Source of the DNA: the human T2T-CHM13v2.0 reference genome, Homo sapiens
Assembly (NCBI RefSeq): GCF_009914755.1
Contig: NC_060933.1
DNA: 64,000 nucleotides
Direction: 5' to 3' (one strand)
Numbering within the stretch: position 1 is the stretch's first letter; every line of letters begins with the position of its first letter. The notes beneath the pieces were generated by a model. That model was not told where the DNA came from. It saw only the letters and a program-made list of their open reading frames with translations, and searched no databases. Positions 27,000 to 46,846 of this stretch are shown here, one piece after another. The position numbers and the translations under genes are program-made.

Positions 27000-27898
27000 T
27001 TTTTATTTTTGTGAACACCATTATATTTTATCAGTCACTTTCATAATCTCTGAGAGGATTATACAAAGAATGTTTTCTGAAATTAGATGAAAAGAAAATT
27101 ATATATTATGTCCATGGTGAGCAACAGGCAAACAGACAAACCAAAAAAAGAAAAAAGAGAGAGCATTTGCACAAGATGATTCTAAGCCAGGAGCAATAAC
27201 ATTTTAGATAAATGAATTTAATACAAAGCAGAGAAAATAGATCTGCTTTCAAAATCTTTGAAATTTCTGATTTGCTGATAAGATAGCAACACTTGTAAAA
27301 TTATCTGTTTCATTCTAATATTTTTCTTTTCTTTTCAAAATAGGTATAAAACCATATACAAATGATTACTTTATCTATAAATCTGTTACACGTAAAGTTT
27401 ATTTTACAGTTATACGTCTGTATATTTAAATCCATATAAATCAAAACTAAAGGTCTGTATGTTTGTAGCAGACCAGACACATCACATGTTCAACAGAACT
27501 AAGGTAATAAAAATACAGTGAATTCAAAATGCCTTTTTAATGACAATGTGTGAACTTGTTTCAATAAACCAAAATAGTTGTTATTGTGTTAAAGCTATTT
27601 TACATTGAATGTGTATGTTGCCACTGATGTTAACTTATCCCATCTTACCCAAGGTTGTAGGTTAACAGATGGTAACAATATACTATTTGGTGATAGTGGA
27701 ATAACATCTCTAGTGATTCCTTTGTCAGTGGTCTTTAATGTAAAATAATTTGGAGAATATGATTCCTACAACTTAACATTTTTGTTTTTCTTGTAACTAC
27801 AGGTTACTAAGATGGTTGTAATGAAGATTATATGAGTATAATGGAGCTATATGTTTCTGAATTCTGAACAACTATTTACAAAATATTCTACTTTTATC
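27000..27898 (-). pseudogene. L1-mediated retrocopy of a non-TE, 3'UTR-like sequence, probably 5'-inverted
   Basis: Non-L1 insert splitting L1 ORF2. Perfect TSD ggtagtatggacattttta at 26981-26999 and 27899-27917; short degenerate T tail at the left; no ORF. Confidence 0.85.
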
Positions 27899-30800
27899 GG
27901 TAGTATGGACATTTTTAGAAAATTGATTCTTCCAACACATGAGCATGGAATCTTTTTCCATTTCTTTGTGTAATCTTTGATTTCTTTCAGCAGTGTTTTT
28001 AGTTCTCTTTATCAAGATCTGTCACTTCCTTTGTTATCCGTATTCCTAGGTATTTCATTTTCATTGTGGCTACTGTAAGTGCACTTGGGTTCTTTATTTC
28101 ACTCTCAGCTTGGTTGTTGTTGGTGTGTAGAAATGCTCCTGATTTTTGTGCATTGATTTTGTATCCCGAAACTTTCTAAAAGTCTTTATTAGTTCTATAT
28201 GCTTTTTGGCAGAGTCTTTAGGATTTTCTAGGTATAAAGCCATATTGTAAGCAAAGAGAGATAGTTTGACTTCTTATTTTCCTACTTGGATGTCTTTTAT
28301 TTGTTTCTCTTGCCTGATTGCTCTGGCTAGGACTTCCAGTACTACGTTGAATAGGACTGCTGAGAGTGAGAATTCTTGTCTTGTTCCAGTTCTCAAGGGG
28401 AAAGGTTCCAACTTTTGCCCATTTGGTATGATGTTGGCTGTGGGTTTACCATAGCTGGTTAATATTATTTTGAAGTATGATCTTTCAGTGACTAATTTGT
28501 TGAGGATTTTATCATGAAGGTACATTAGATTTCATTGAAAGTCTTTCCTCTGTCTATTGAGATGATCATATGGTTTTTGCTTTTAATTCTGTTTATGTGG
28601 TAAATTGCAATTATTAATTTTCATATGCTGAATCAACCTTGCACCCCTCAAATAATGCCTATTTTATTGTAGTGTGTTATCTTTTTGATGTGCTGCTGGA
28701 TTTGGTTGGCTAATATTTTGTTGAGAATGTTTGCCTGCATTTTCATCAAGGATATTAGCTTGAAGTTTGTTTTCTTTTTGTTTAATTTCATTGTTTCTCT
28801 GCCATATTTAGGTATCAGACTGATGCTGGCTTCATAAAATGAGTTAGAGAGGAGATCTTCCTTCTTATTATTTTTTTTTTTTTGAATAGTTTCAATAGGA
28901 TTACTATCATCTTTTCTTTGTACATCAGGTAGAATTTAGTTGTGAATCCCTTTGATCCAGGGCTTTTTTTCGGTTGGTAAGTTCTTTATTACTGATTCAA
29001 TTTCAGAAGTTGATATTGTTCTTTTCATGGTGCAAGTCTCTTTTTTATTCAATCTTGGGAGATTGGGGGCTTCCAGAAATATATCTATTTACTCTTGGTA
29101 TTCTAATTTGTGTCTATAGTAGTCTGGAGGATCTTTTGTATTTCTATGTGGTCAGGTGTAATATCATCTTTGTTGCTTCTGACTGTGCTTATGTGGATCT
29201 TCTCATTTTAATCTAGCTAATGGTCTATCGCTTTTATTTATTCTTTCAAAGAACAATATCTTGGTTTCATTGATTATTTGTATGGATTATTTTGACTCAA
29301 TTTCATTCAGTTTTTCTCTAATTTTAGTTATTTATTTTCTTCTAGCTTTGGGGTTGAATTGTTCTTTTTTTCTAGTTCCTTTTGGTGCAAAGTTAGACTG
29401 TTAATTTGAGATCTTTCACATTTCTTGATGAAGGCATTTAGTGTTATGAACTTTCCTCTTAAGATTGCTTAGCTGTATCCTGGAGCTTTTGGTAAGTTGT
29501 ATCCCTATTTTCACTAATTTCAAAGCATTTTTAAAATATCTGCCTGATTTTCACTGTTTACTTGATTTATTCGGAAGTAAGTTGTTTAATTTCTTTGTAA
29601 TTGTGTAGTTTTGAGTCATCTTTTTGATATTTTTTCTTCCATTTTTATTACACTGTGATTTGAGAGTGTGCCTGGTATGATTTTAATTTTTTTTGAATGT
29701 ATTGAGACTTGCTTTATAACCTGGTGTGTGGTCAATCTTGGCATATGTTTCATGTGCCAATGAGAAAAATGAGTATTTTGTGGTTCTTGGGTGAAGTGTT
29801 CTGTAGTTGTCTATTTGACTCAACTGCTCAAGTGGTGAGTTAAAGCCCAGAATTTCTGTGTTAGTTTTCTGTCTCAGTGATCTCTGTAATGCTGTCAGTG
29901 GGCTGTTAAAGCCTCCCATCATTGTTGTGTCACTAAGTCTTTTTGTAGGTCAAGAAGAACTTGTTTTATGACTCCAAGTGTTCCAATGATGGGTGCATGT
30001 ATTTTAGCATTGTTAAGTCTTCTTGTTGGATTGTACCCTTTATCAAAATGCAATGCTCTTTATTGTCCTCAATTGTTAAAGTTTTGAAGTCCATTTTGTA
30101 TGATATAACAACTCATATTCTTTTTTGTTTTCCATTTGCATGGTTAATCTTTCTTCATCCCTTTACTTTGAGCCTCTGGGTATTGATCCATGTGAGATGG
30201 GTCTTTCAAACACAGCAGATGGTTGGGTCTTCTCTTTGTATCCGGTTTACCACTCTGTGTATTTTAAGTGGGGCCTATAGTGCATTTACATTCAGGGTAA
30301 GTATTGATATGTGACATTTTCATTGTCATGGTGGTGTTAGCTGGTTGTTATGTAGATTTGGTTGTGTAGTTGCTTTATAGTGTCTGTGGGCTATGTCCTT
30401 AAATGAGTGTTTGTGGTAGCAGGTACCATTCATTTGATTCCATGTTTAGCATTCCTGTAAGGGCCTCTTGTAAATCTGGTCTAGTTGAAATAAATTATCT
30501 CAGCATTTACTTGTCTGAGAAAGATTTTCTTTCTCCTTCAATTAAGAGTCTTAGTTTGGCAGAATATGAAACTCTTGGTTGGATTTTTTTTTTAAGGATG
30601 CTGAAAATAGGTCCCCAATCTCTTCTGGATTATAATGTTTCTGCTGAGTGGTCCAATGTCAGCCTGATAGGGGTCCCTCTTTATGTGACCTGACCTTTCT
30701 TTCTAGCTGCCTTTAAGTTTTTTCTCTTATATTGACCTTAGTGAACCTGATGACTGTGTGCCTTGGGATGGTCACCTTACATAGTATCTAGCCAGGGTTC

Positions 30801-33199
30801 TCTATATTTCATGAATTTACATGCCAAATTCTCTAGTGAGATTAGGAAATTTTTCATGAACTGTATTCTTAAATACATTTCAAAAGTTGCTTACTCTCTC
30901 TCCTTCTCTCTCAGGGATGCCAATGAATCATAGATTTGTTCCGTTTACATAATCCCATATTATTGAAAATTTTGTTCATTTAAATTATTTTTTCTTTATT
31001 TTTGCTGACTGAGTTGATTCAAAGAATTTGAGCTCTGAGATTCTTTACTTAGCTTGCTCTATTTTTCTGTTAATGCTTCTGATTGTATTATGAAATTCCT
31101 GTGGTGAATTTTTCAACTCAAGAAGTTCAATTTTGGTCTTTATTGAAATGGCTGTTTCTACTTTCAAATCTTGAATTGTTTTACTGAAATATTTGGCTTT
31201 CTTGGGTTGGGATTCCACTTTCTCCTCAATGTTGATAAGCATTCTTGCTATCTAGATTTTGAGTTGCATGTCTGTCCTTTTGGTAATTTTAGATTGATTA
31301 AGAACCATTTCTGAGGACATAGTGGATTCATTTTAAGGTGAGAAAAAACTCTGGCTTTTTTAATTGCCAGAGTTCTTATGCTGTTTCTTTCTCATCTGTG
31401 AGGGTTGGCTTTCCTTTAACTGTGGTGTGAATTTAGTTCATTAGCTTTATTTCTGGATATTTTCAGAGGGCTAAGGCTCTATATGGGTCTTTATTGTTGA
31501 ATTATTGCCCTTGGCTTTGCAGAAGGGAGAATTAGTAGTGGTTTTGATGTTGTAGTGTGGGCTATGATCCAGTAGAAGGCTCTTGAGAGCAATGGGTGGT
31601 AGATATGCTGTTAGCCACCAGGCCACCTTTGTGTATCCTAGCTTTTATAGCTGTGCTCTGTGATGGGAGAAGAAGAGAAGTGACTCCCTCACCAGGTCTG
31701 CTCCTGGGCCTTGGGATAGAAACTTCCCATCACTGGCACTGTGCCAACAATTTGTTGTTGCTGTTGTTAGGTGTTTTGGGACATGGAGCTCCCTTGGGCA
31801 AAGGTCCAGCAGTGATACAGGCCCCACTTTTACTGTAACAGCCCTGTGGAGGAAGGTATGCAAGTTGTGCAACTTACCCTTCTGTTTACCTGTGTGACCC
31901 GCCCCTTGTTTTCTGAGAGTATGGGTTCTTCCCCTGCTTGAGAGCCAGGCACAGATACCAGTTCTACACTCCCAAGCCATGGGCCACAGTCCTGTGGCAC
32001 CAGGACTTGGTCAGGACTCCCTTTTCCAGATTCTTGGGATTGGGTCCCAAGTGCACTGCGAGATCTGAAGGACAAACATGTCCCAGCCCTTCAGGTAAGC
32101 TGGCTCTGCCTCTCCCAGTCTGCTGGTTAGCTGGGACCAGAGCCTCTCAGATGGAGATGGGGATCCCTGGGGATGGGCACCTATGTCTGGACTTTGCCAG
32201 AGTTATCCCACATACCTGCTAAAGCCCTGTATCCATCTAATCTCTGGGGAGATTCCCCTGTCAGCTCAAACATCTGTGGAATGTATGGGGTCCTCTGCAG
32301 CTAAGATCCCAAAAGTCTATGGCAAGAATGAGCAGTCCCCCAGTCCCCTCACTCAGCTTTTCCCCAGGAGCCATTTGGGGCCAGGAACCATCCTTAGTAT
32401 TCAGGCACACCACGTGGAGTTCTAAGCTTCCTCTCTCTTCAACCTCAGCGTCTGCATCTTTTCTCCATCCACATTTGGAATACTGTCTCCAATGATTTGT
32501 TCAAATTAAGTTAGTTTAGTTGAAATCTTGGTCCCTCTCAGCAGGAGCAGTACTTCCTGGAAGCACCTACTCAGCCATATTTTCCTTCACTTTCTATTGT
32601 TTTTTCTTATAACCATAACCTTTAAAGATTGATGGTAGTATCTCCTAAATCTATAATGTGGCCTTCTATGAGTTAACATAGAATGTTTTCAAAGTTTTAT
32701 TCCAATGCTTTACTATGAGCTTCAGGCTTCTTTTTAGTACATTCATATTCCATATATACTCTATTTTTGTATGTATTATAACAAAGCTTTGAGCAAAAGT
32801 TCTAAAGTACACATAATTTTCTCATAATTGACTTAAGAACTGATGATGAGGTGTCTTCACATTCATCAGCTTCAATATAGATTAGAATTTTATAGCTGCC
32901 AAGAGATTAATAAAATGTCACTGTCTTTATTTTTAGTCAAGTGTAAATAGACACAAAATATACATAGTTTTCTCTGGCTCTAATCAATGAGTGGATTTTC
33001 TCATGATAAAATAACTTAGTTTATAAATAACAGTAAAATATTATAGAATATGACTAACACCTAGAAGTAATTCAATGAGAGTTGGTTTTTGCATCAAAGT
33101 TATGCATAGTCAAATTAAGTAGCTGGTATACATGTAGAATTTCCTAGAGTAGTTTCATATACATAATACTATTAATTCTCTCATTAACACTAACAGTTG

Positions 33200-33335
33200 A
33201 TTTTATTGTTATTATTGACATTAAAGAGAAGGCTCAGAGAAATTACATAACTTGTATGAAATCACACAGTGGAGATTTGACATCAGATCTTTTCTATCTC
33301 CAAAGTCCTTGTACTTTCCATTATACTCTGTTGCT
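33200..33335 (-). mobile_element. MIR SINE relic
   Basis: aggctcagagaaattacataacttg...atcacacagtggagatttga...ctccaaagtcc. Confidence 0.65.
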
Positions 33336-34698
33336 TGTCTAATTAAGATAATGCATCATATCTAGTTTTATCTCCTACTCCCTTTTAGGAGAAAAAATAG
33401 CCCAAATGTTTATAATGTTTCTTGCTGACAAGGGTTTCCTCAATGTGTCAGAATTTAAGTACTCTGGCTTTAGTGAAGAGTGCCGTATAATTTCTCTTAT
33501 CTCAGTTATTACAAATTTAACTAGCTTAAAGTAGATTTTATTCATCATACCCTTCTACCTACGAATTTTGGCTTACTGGGCTTCAACTATTAGATGTCAC
33601 CTTGACTCTCTGTAACAAGAGAACCTTTCTAAGAATCCCAGATTCTACACTCCATACCCGCATTTACTGTTCAGACCTCTTATGAAGTTGATTTAGCCCT
33701 ACAAGTCTCGCTGTGCTTGTCCGTCAACACATAAGAGTTTCCTGGTCTCTGGCTCTTGCCAATTACATGAATCCTTCTTTCACATATCTCCACTCCCCAC
33801 TTCCCCTACCCTTGCATTGTGCCATATTTCGGCTATCAAGAACAACTATCATTTGGTTATTTTTCCCCCAAATGTTTTCCCTTTGTCCATTTGATACGGT
33901 GCTCTTTATTTATGTATTCTCTGAGTAATCCACACTTTTGGCTCAGGACCTCAGCTCCCTATATATCTCTTAAGTCTTCTTTTTTGATCAACATTTTTTG
34001 GTTGTTATCATCAAAATTTCAACTCTAGCATTATTTTATATTTAACAAGCACAATTTGGCATTTGTGCCAGATGTTCCAGTTTTCTCCCTAGCCCTGCTA
34101 TACCAGCATGGTCAGTGTAATCTCAATCCAACTAGGCTCCAGTGATATGATATTAAGTATCTCCTTCCTGAGGTTCAGACTTAGATATTTTCAGCAGTAT
34201 TACTTACCAAATACATTTTAATTAGAAATAAATATGATGAAACAGCCAATAAAACTGGTTATTATCAGTCAAAGAGTACAAGTATTTTAAGGTTTTTTGC
34301 TATATGTTGTTTCCCAGAGGGTACTAACAGTTTTCATTATGCCTAGTAGTATGTGAGTGAATTCATTTTACTGGACCAGACAGGCAGTGTAAATTAATTT
34401 TTAAACATTTCCTTATGCCAAGAGTGTTTCCCTTATGATGCAAAAACAGTTATAAGTTCTGAACCATCTAGGAAGAGATGATAAGAGGCTGTCTAACATT
34501 AGATCTCCATTTTACTTCTGTGGATGGCTGAAATTGCCTTAGTATCTCATTGTTAGAATCTCCCTTTCTGGAAACATTTTTTGATGATTACATTTATTGC
34601 ACTGTCTGGTTTTATATCTTAGTTTTTGTTCTCTATGCCTTCTTAGATAACCCTTAGCTTCTCATGGTACTCCCTATCAAACTATTCTGATTAATTCC

Positions 34699-37220
<2,522 letters not shown>

Positions 37221-37655
37221 ATTTCTATAGTTGTCATACTGACTTGCATCCTGAGCTTGGTAGCCCACACTCAAGCTTGCCTTTTGAAATGGAAAACATC
37301 ACTTTTTGCCCTCTCTACCCTTTTTCACTTTGCTCCATTTCTAGAAAAGCTAATTTCTTCGCATTGATTTAACAAATTATCTTGCTTTCTAACTTTCGGT
37401 TAGATATAGGCAAGAAGTCACATTGACAGACTGTACTAAAGACTTACTATCTTCAGTAACTTACCAATTTGTGGTGTCTGATGTCTTTTCTCTGGGGTTT
37501 CAATGAACCCAGGGTTTTGTATTTCAGGCTAAGTTTAGAGTATTGATTTTCTAAGATTTAAGCTGAGTAAAGGTTATTACTGTATATCTAGCCTTTTGTT
37601 GACTAGCTCTATGACCACTTGGAGCTACAAAACACCATCAAGTACATGGGTCTAG

Positions 37656-37980
<325 letters not shown>

Positions 37981-38081
37981 TGGGTCTAGATTTTTATAAG
38001 CAGTTTTGGATACAGGGCCAGTTCCAAGAGAAAAATTAATCCAAGACATTCTCATCTTTCTCTTTCCTCTCTTCCATCCTT

Positions 38082-38142
38082 ACACACACACACACACAGA
38101 CACACATACATACACACACACACACACGCACACACAGACACA
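38082..38142. repeat. Imperfect (CA)n microsatellite
   Basis: Read directly from the sequence. Confidence 0.9.
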
Positions 38143-39448
38143 GTTATATCTTTATGTCAAGAACCTGAATAGTAAAATTGGTATATTCTACATAGGGCAT
38201 AAACACAGAATACAAAAAGAAGAAAAAAATTGCCAGTAATTAAAACTAAATATTCAACAGCACCATAACCAACATAATAAAAATAAAATTATAGATATAG
38301 AATTTTTCACCTAGCAAAATGAAACAGATAAAAAGATAACATAACATCCCATATTTGCCAAAAAAAAACAGGTTTTCTCAAGATCCAGTAGTACAGTAGA
38401 AAGCTGAGACAAACTTTGCAGAAGCAATTTGACAATATTTATCAAATGCATTAACTCTACTCTTGATGTCTCAATAATGTTATCTCTAGAGATTTATCTT
38501 AGAAGAATTATCATGGTGTGCACAAGAATTTATGACAGAGCTATGAATAAGAGCAGCACACATATGAAAACAAACTATACGTCCACAAATAGGGATTTGA
38601 AATACATATTATAATATGCCTGGCTCATATACCATTAAAATTATGTTTTAAGAATAATATTTATACTTCCATTTTTAGCTATCAAATGAAAATAACTTGA
38701 AAGTTTTCACAAGAAAGAAAAAATACAACTGAAAATCAATAGCTTTTCTTTTTTGGACCAATGAGAGAACCAAGTCTCAAGGTAAACTACTATCCTGCAA
38801 TCTGAAAAGACAGGTGAATTCAGCACCACAGTCAAGACTACCTTATCTGGGGCATACTCAGCTAGAGCAGAAACTGATAAGAACATTTATTTAGCAATTT
38901 TGGTGAATTATTGGAGGCTGAATGTGGACTAGCTTAAGTGTGAGAAGGTCTTTGAAGCTGCAGTTTAGGAAGGTCACCACATTTTTACTGGGTTTTGCCT
39001 CCAGTATTCCCATCAAGTGCTCACAGTGAAGAGCCTAGAAAGCTTCTATCCAGGGTCTGGCAGATGATCTGGATGAATAAACACTTTGAAATATGCCCAG
39101 AGTTTTCTACATAACAAAGCCTGGCTCTCCAGAGGAAAAGATTACCATCCTGTGGAGGGACATTTCTTCAAATTTAGCTTTCCCATCTCACCTAAGAGGC
39201 TAAAAACAAGGAAAACACACTTGTAAAGGCCATGTCCCAAGTACATAGGTTCCCTAAAGGACTTTGGTTAATTCATAAAGTTATTTTATCACAAAGGTAT
39301 TTTATCCCACACCTTAATACAACAGGAATACAACATAATTTCAAAGAGATACAAGTCATTCAGACTATCAAAGAAGGACTTCTTAGGCAAACACAAAAAT
39401 AAATAGGAAGACAAAAATAGACAGTAGAGTAAATTGCATCTATGGCTA

Positions 39449-42768
<3,320 letters not shown>

Positions 42769-43405
42769 ACAAACATAATACAGCCCAATTCCTAGACAGA
42801 TTAATACATAAACCCACACAAAAGATCTATTTACTTCCTATTACCAAATATATTATGTCTAGTTGAACAAAATGTATAAGACATCTTAAGATACAAGAAA
42901 AATTACCCAGGCTTAAAGGACAAATCAAACATCAAAATCAGAATCAAAATAAAATACGTTTTATCAGAGAAGAAATTTAAAAACATTATGTTAATATACT
43001 AAGAAATCTTATTGTAAAAGTAGACGATGTACAGAGTAAATGGCTAACACAAGCAAAGAGAAGAAATTGTAAGAATCAAAAGGAAATAGTAGAAATAAAA
43101 ACACTCTAAAGGTAATAAGGAATGCTTTTGATGGGTTCATTAGTATGTTGAACTTGAAAATATATCAATATACATTTCCAAAAATAAAATGCAAAGAAAA
43201 ATAAGAAAGAAAAAGAGAAAGACCAGAAAAGAGGGTCCAAGAACTGTAGCAATTTTACAAGTTGTAACATATGTATAACTGAATGATCAGAAAGATAGAA
43301 CAAAGCAGAAGAAATAATTGAATGATTAGAATTTTCCAAAATTAGTGACCAATCCAAACTGTAGATTCAGAAAGCTCAGTGAACACCAGTCAGAATAAAT
43401 ACTGA

Positions 43406-43706
43406 GGCTGGGCATGGTGGCTTATGTCTGTAATCCCAGGACTTTGGAAATACGAGGCAGAAGGATCACCTGAGGTCTGGAGTTCGAGACCAGCCTTGCC
43501 AATATTGTGAAACTCTATCTTTACTTAAAAAAAAAAAAAAAATTAGCTGGGCATGGTGATGCATGCCTGTAATCCCAGCTACTCAGGAGGCTAAAGCAGG
43601 AGAATCACTTGAACCTGGGTGGCGGAGGTTGCAGTGAGCTGAGATTATGACACTGCACTCCAGCCTGGGTGACAGAATGAGACTCTCTCAAAATAAAATA
43701 AAAAAA
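43406..43706 (+). mobile_element. AluSx-like
   Basis: Full dimer with ggatcacctgaggtc. Confidence 0.9.
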
Positions 43707-44763
43707 TTCTACATATAGGCATATTATTTTCAAACTGCAGTTAAAATAATAAAGCCAAAGAGGAAACTTTTTACAAAGCTAGTGAAAACATCTTACCTAG
43801 AGAAGAACAAGTATAATCAAACTTCTCACAGAAACATTGATGCCAGCAGGAAGACAATGTAGTAAAATACTTAAAAGTGTTGGGGAAAAAAATACCAGGA
43901 ATTCTATATCTAATGAAATTATCCTTCAAAAGTAAAGCAGAAATAAAGACAAATAAAAATGAAAGCAATTTATCAGCAGCCTTGTTCTGTAAGGAATGTT
44001 ATAAAAATTTAGACAGAAAAAAATATTATATAGGTCAGAAACCTGGAACCAAAAAAATAATGTCAGTGAAGGAAAAAATAAAATATTTTATTTTTGTTAT
44101 TCTTAACTAAAATGTAATTGTATTTAAAGTAGTAATGGTAAAAATGTATTAGGTGATTATATCATATGGATAAATGACATAAATAACAATATCATAATAA
44201 GTAGAAAACAGGGTATGAAAATAACATAAGATGCCTTCACTATATATGAATAGATATTGTCTTATTTGAATGTAGACTCAGATTAGTTATAAATACATTT
44301 TCCAAAACCTAGGGAAACCACTAACTTTTAAGTACAGTTTATATAGAATAAAGGAGGTAAAATAGAATAAAATAAAATGCCTAATTAAAACCAAAGAACA
44401 CAGAAAAATAGCAGATGCAAAAAAGACAATTAAAAAATGCAATGAGTGGAAAACAATTACAAAAATGGTAGATATTAATCTAATGTTATTGACATTTAAT
44501 GTGAATTGTCTAAATATGCTAATTAAGAGATTTTCAAATTGAATATAAAAAACAAGATTCAACCATATGATTGTATGAGAAACCTACCTTAAATACAAAG
44601 ACTGAGATAGGTTTAAAGTAAAGGGATGGAGAAAGATATACGATGCTGGCACTAATCAAAAGAAAGCTACTATAGGATATTAATTTAAGACAAAGTGGAC
44701 TTTAGAACAATGCTAATTATCAGAAATAAAGAGGCATTACATATTGATAGAGGGGTCAATTCT

Positions 44764-44803
44764 AAAAACAAACAAACAAACAAACAAACAAACAAACAAA
44801 AAC
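44764..44803. repeat. (AAAC)n microsatellite
   Basis: Read directly from the sequence. Confidence 0.9.
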
Positions 44804-45710
44804 AGACTATTCTAACTATGTATGCACCTAATAAGAGAACATCAACATAGTTGCATCACAAACTGATAGGATTGCAAGGAAAAATAGACAAATTCACTAT
44901 TTTAGTTGAAAACTGCAACAACCCCTTTATAGTAATTTATACGTGAAGCAGGAAAAATATCAGAAAGAATATCCTGACTTGGAAAGCATCACCAACCAAC
45001 TTGATTTGATTGCTCTTTTTAGAATACTCAATCCACAACAGCAAGAGTACGTATTTTATTTGCTCACATGAAGCATTCACCAAAATAAAAATAATAATAA
45101 AAAAACATTGTGGATCTTAAAACAACTTTTCATAAATTTAAAGTAACAGAAATAATAGAAAACATATTTTCTATGAGATCTCAGTGGAATTAAAGTAGAA
45201 ATAAATAACAGAGAGATAGTTGGAACATTTCTAAATATTGGAAGATTAAACAAGACATACTTAGGTAACATACGGATTAGTAAAGAAGTCTCAAGAGAAA
45301 ATTTTAAATATTTTGAAGTAGATGAAAACGAAAATACTGTTTATCTAAATTTGTTGGATGTTAGGAAAGCAGGCTGAAGAAAATGTATAGCCCTGAATGC
45401 ATACAGAAATGCATGTAGATGAAAAGAAAGTTCTAAAATCAACATTCAAATCTTCTGTTTTAGGAAAGCAGATATAGAAAGGACATTTAAGTATAAAACA
45501 CCAGTAAACACCAGACCTAGTGGTTTCACTAGATCTGAATGATGAGATCCAGGTGGTTTTATTGGTGAAGTTTACCAAACATTTGGGATAGAAATGATAT
45601 CAATTCTTGAAAATCTATTCCAGAAAATGGAAGCAGAGGGAGCCAACTCATTTAATAAAGCCAGCATTACCCTAATTGCAAAACCTGATAAATAAATTTT
45701 TAAGCAGAAC

Positions 45711-46232
45711 TGTTAAGCAGAAGACCTTACAATGGTTATAAATTCCAGGGGAACACTCTAAACCTTCTTCCTATTGTATCTTGGCATTGAAGGCACCAAA
45801 GAAAACACAATGCAGTCAACTACTAAATGGAGCTACACTTTACTTACATAGGGAAGAGGCAGAGCAAAATCAGCTTCAATAATGTGCATGAGTCCTCCAT
45901 AGATAGTGGGTCCCTCTCTGGCAGCCAACACAAGGACTTGGCTACATGCAACACTCTTGTACCTCATTAGAAAAACCTTGTTCCTTCCCCACAGAGGACA
46001 GATATATAGTGCAGTTGGCCAGGTGCCATGTGACCCACATGCTTAAGCAGAACAGAAGAATATACCTTAAGCTTGCAATAGAGAAATATATTTCCGCACA
46101 AGGTGATAAACCCAGCACGGGCTATGTGAGCTCTTTATCTCCTTGTAAGAAAGTGATTTAGGTCCAAGGTCCATTTGTACATAGCCAAGCAGGCGTAGAA
46201 AGACTGTGCATATGAGAATGCCTTTTGGAACA
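45711..46232 (-). mobile_element. MER74-like ERVL solo LTR
   Basis: TG...CA termini. The reverse strand starts tgttccaaaaggcattctcatatgcacagtctt and contains gagataaagagctcacatagcccgtgctgggtttatcacc and ttctgcttaagcatgtg. Confidence 0.7.
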
Positions 46233-46255
46233 GGTATCACAAAAAGGAACTAAAA

Positions 46256-46752
46256 AAGATAAGCTGAAAAATTTTCCTTCCACCCTCTAAAAAAAGGTGT
46301 CTTCATCCTAATCCCTGGAACGTGTAGTGTTATCTCATATGAAGGGTAAAAAATGGTCTTTGCAAATATAGCTAAATATCTTGAGATGGGGAGATAATTT
46401 ATTATCTTGAATTACCTGGATTGGTTCTAACTGCAGTCACATATATTTTAACAAGTGGAAGAAAGAGGGGCATTTGATGCACACAGAAGGGAAAGCAATG
46501 TAAAGATGCAGCAAAGATTGCAGTGATGCAACTATAATCTAAGGAATGAAGTCAGGCACTATAAACTAGAAAAGAGAGGGCTGAGATACTTCCATAGAGC
46601 CTCTGGACGAAGTATAGCCCCACCATCACATTGGTTTCAGCCCAATAAAACTGATTTTGGACTTCTGGCTTCTAAAACTGTGAGATAATTTTGTGTTGTT
46701 TAAGCCACAAAGTTTATGGTATTTGATACATCAGCCATGCGAAATTAATATA
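46256..46752 (+). mobile_element. MLT1B/C MaLR solo LTR
   Basis: atcctaatccctggaac, cttgagatggggagat, ttggacttctggcttctaaaactgtgaga...tttaagccac. Confidence 0.8.
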
Positions 46753-46846
46753 GGATGCCACAGACCAATGTCCCCCATTAATATAAATGCAGAAGTCCTC
46801 ATCAACACATTAACAACTGAATTCATCAATATATAAAAATAATTAT

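Larger units (their letters stand above)
25076..32590 (-). mobile_element. Near full-length L1PA15/16-type LINE-1 (inactive), hosting THE1 LTR and retrocopy insertions
   Basis: 3' UTR (caggtttgttacattgg...gatgctgaggtt), ORF2 remnants (28274-28525 [23 protein letters not shown]; 29683-29922 endonuclease), ORF1 remnant (31045-31242) and a GC-richer 5' UTR ending ctactcagccatat. Confidence 0.88.
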
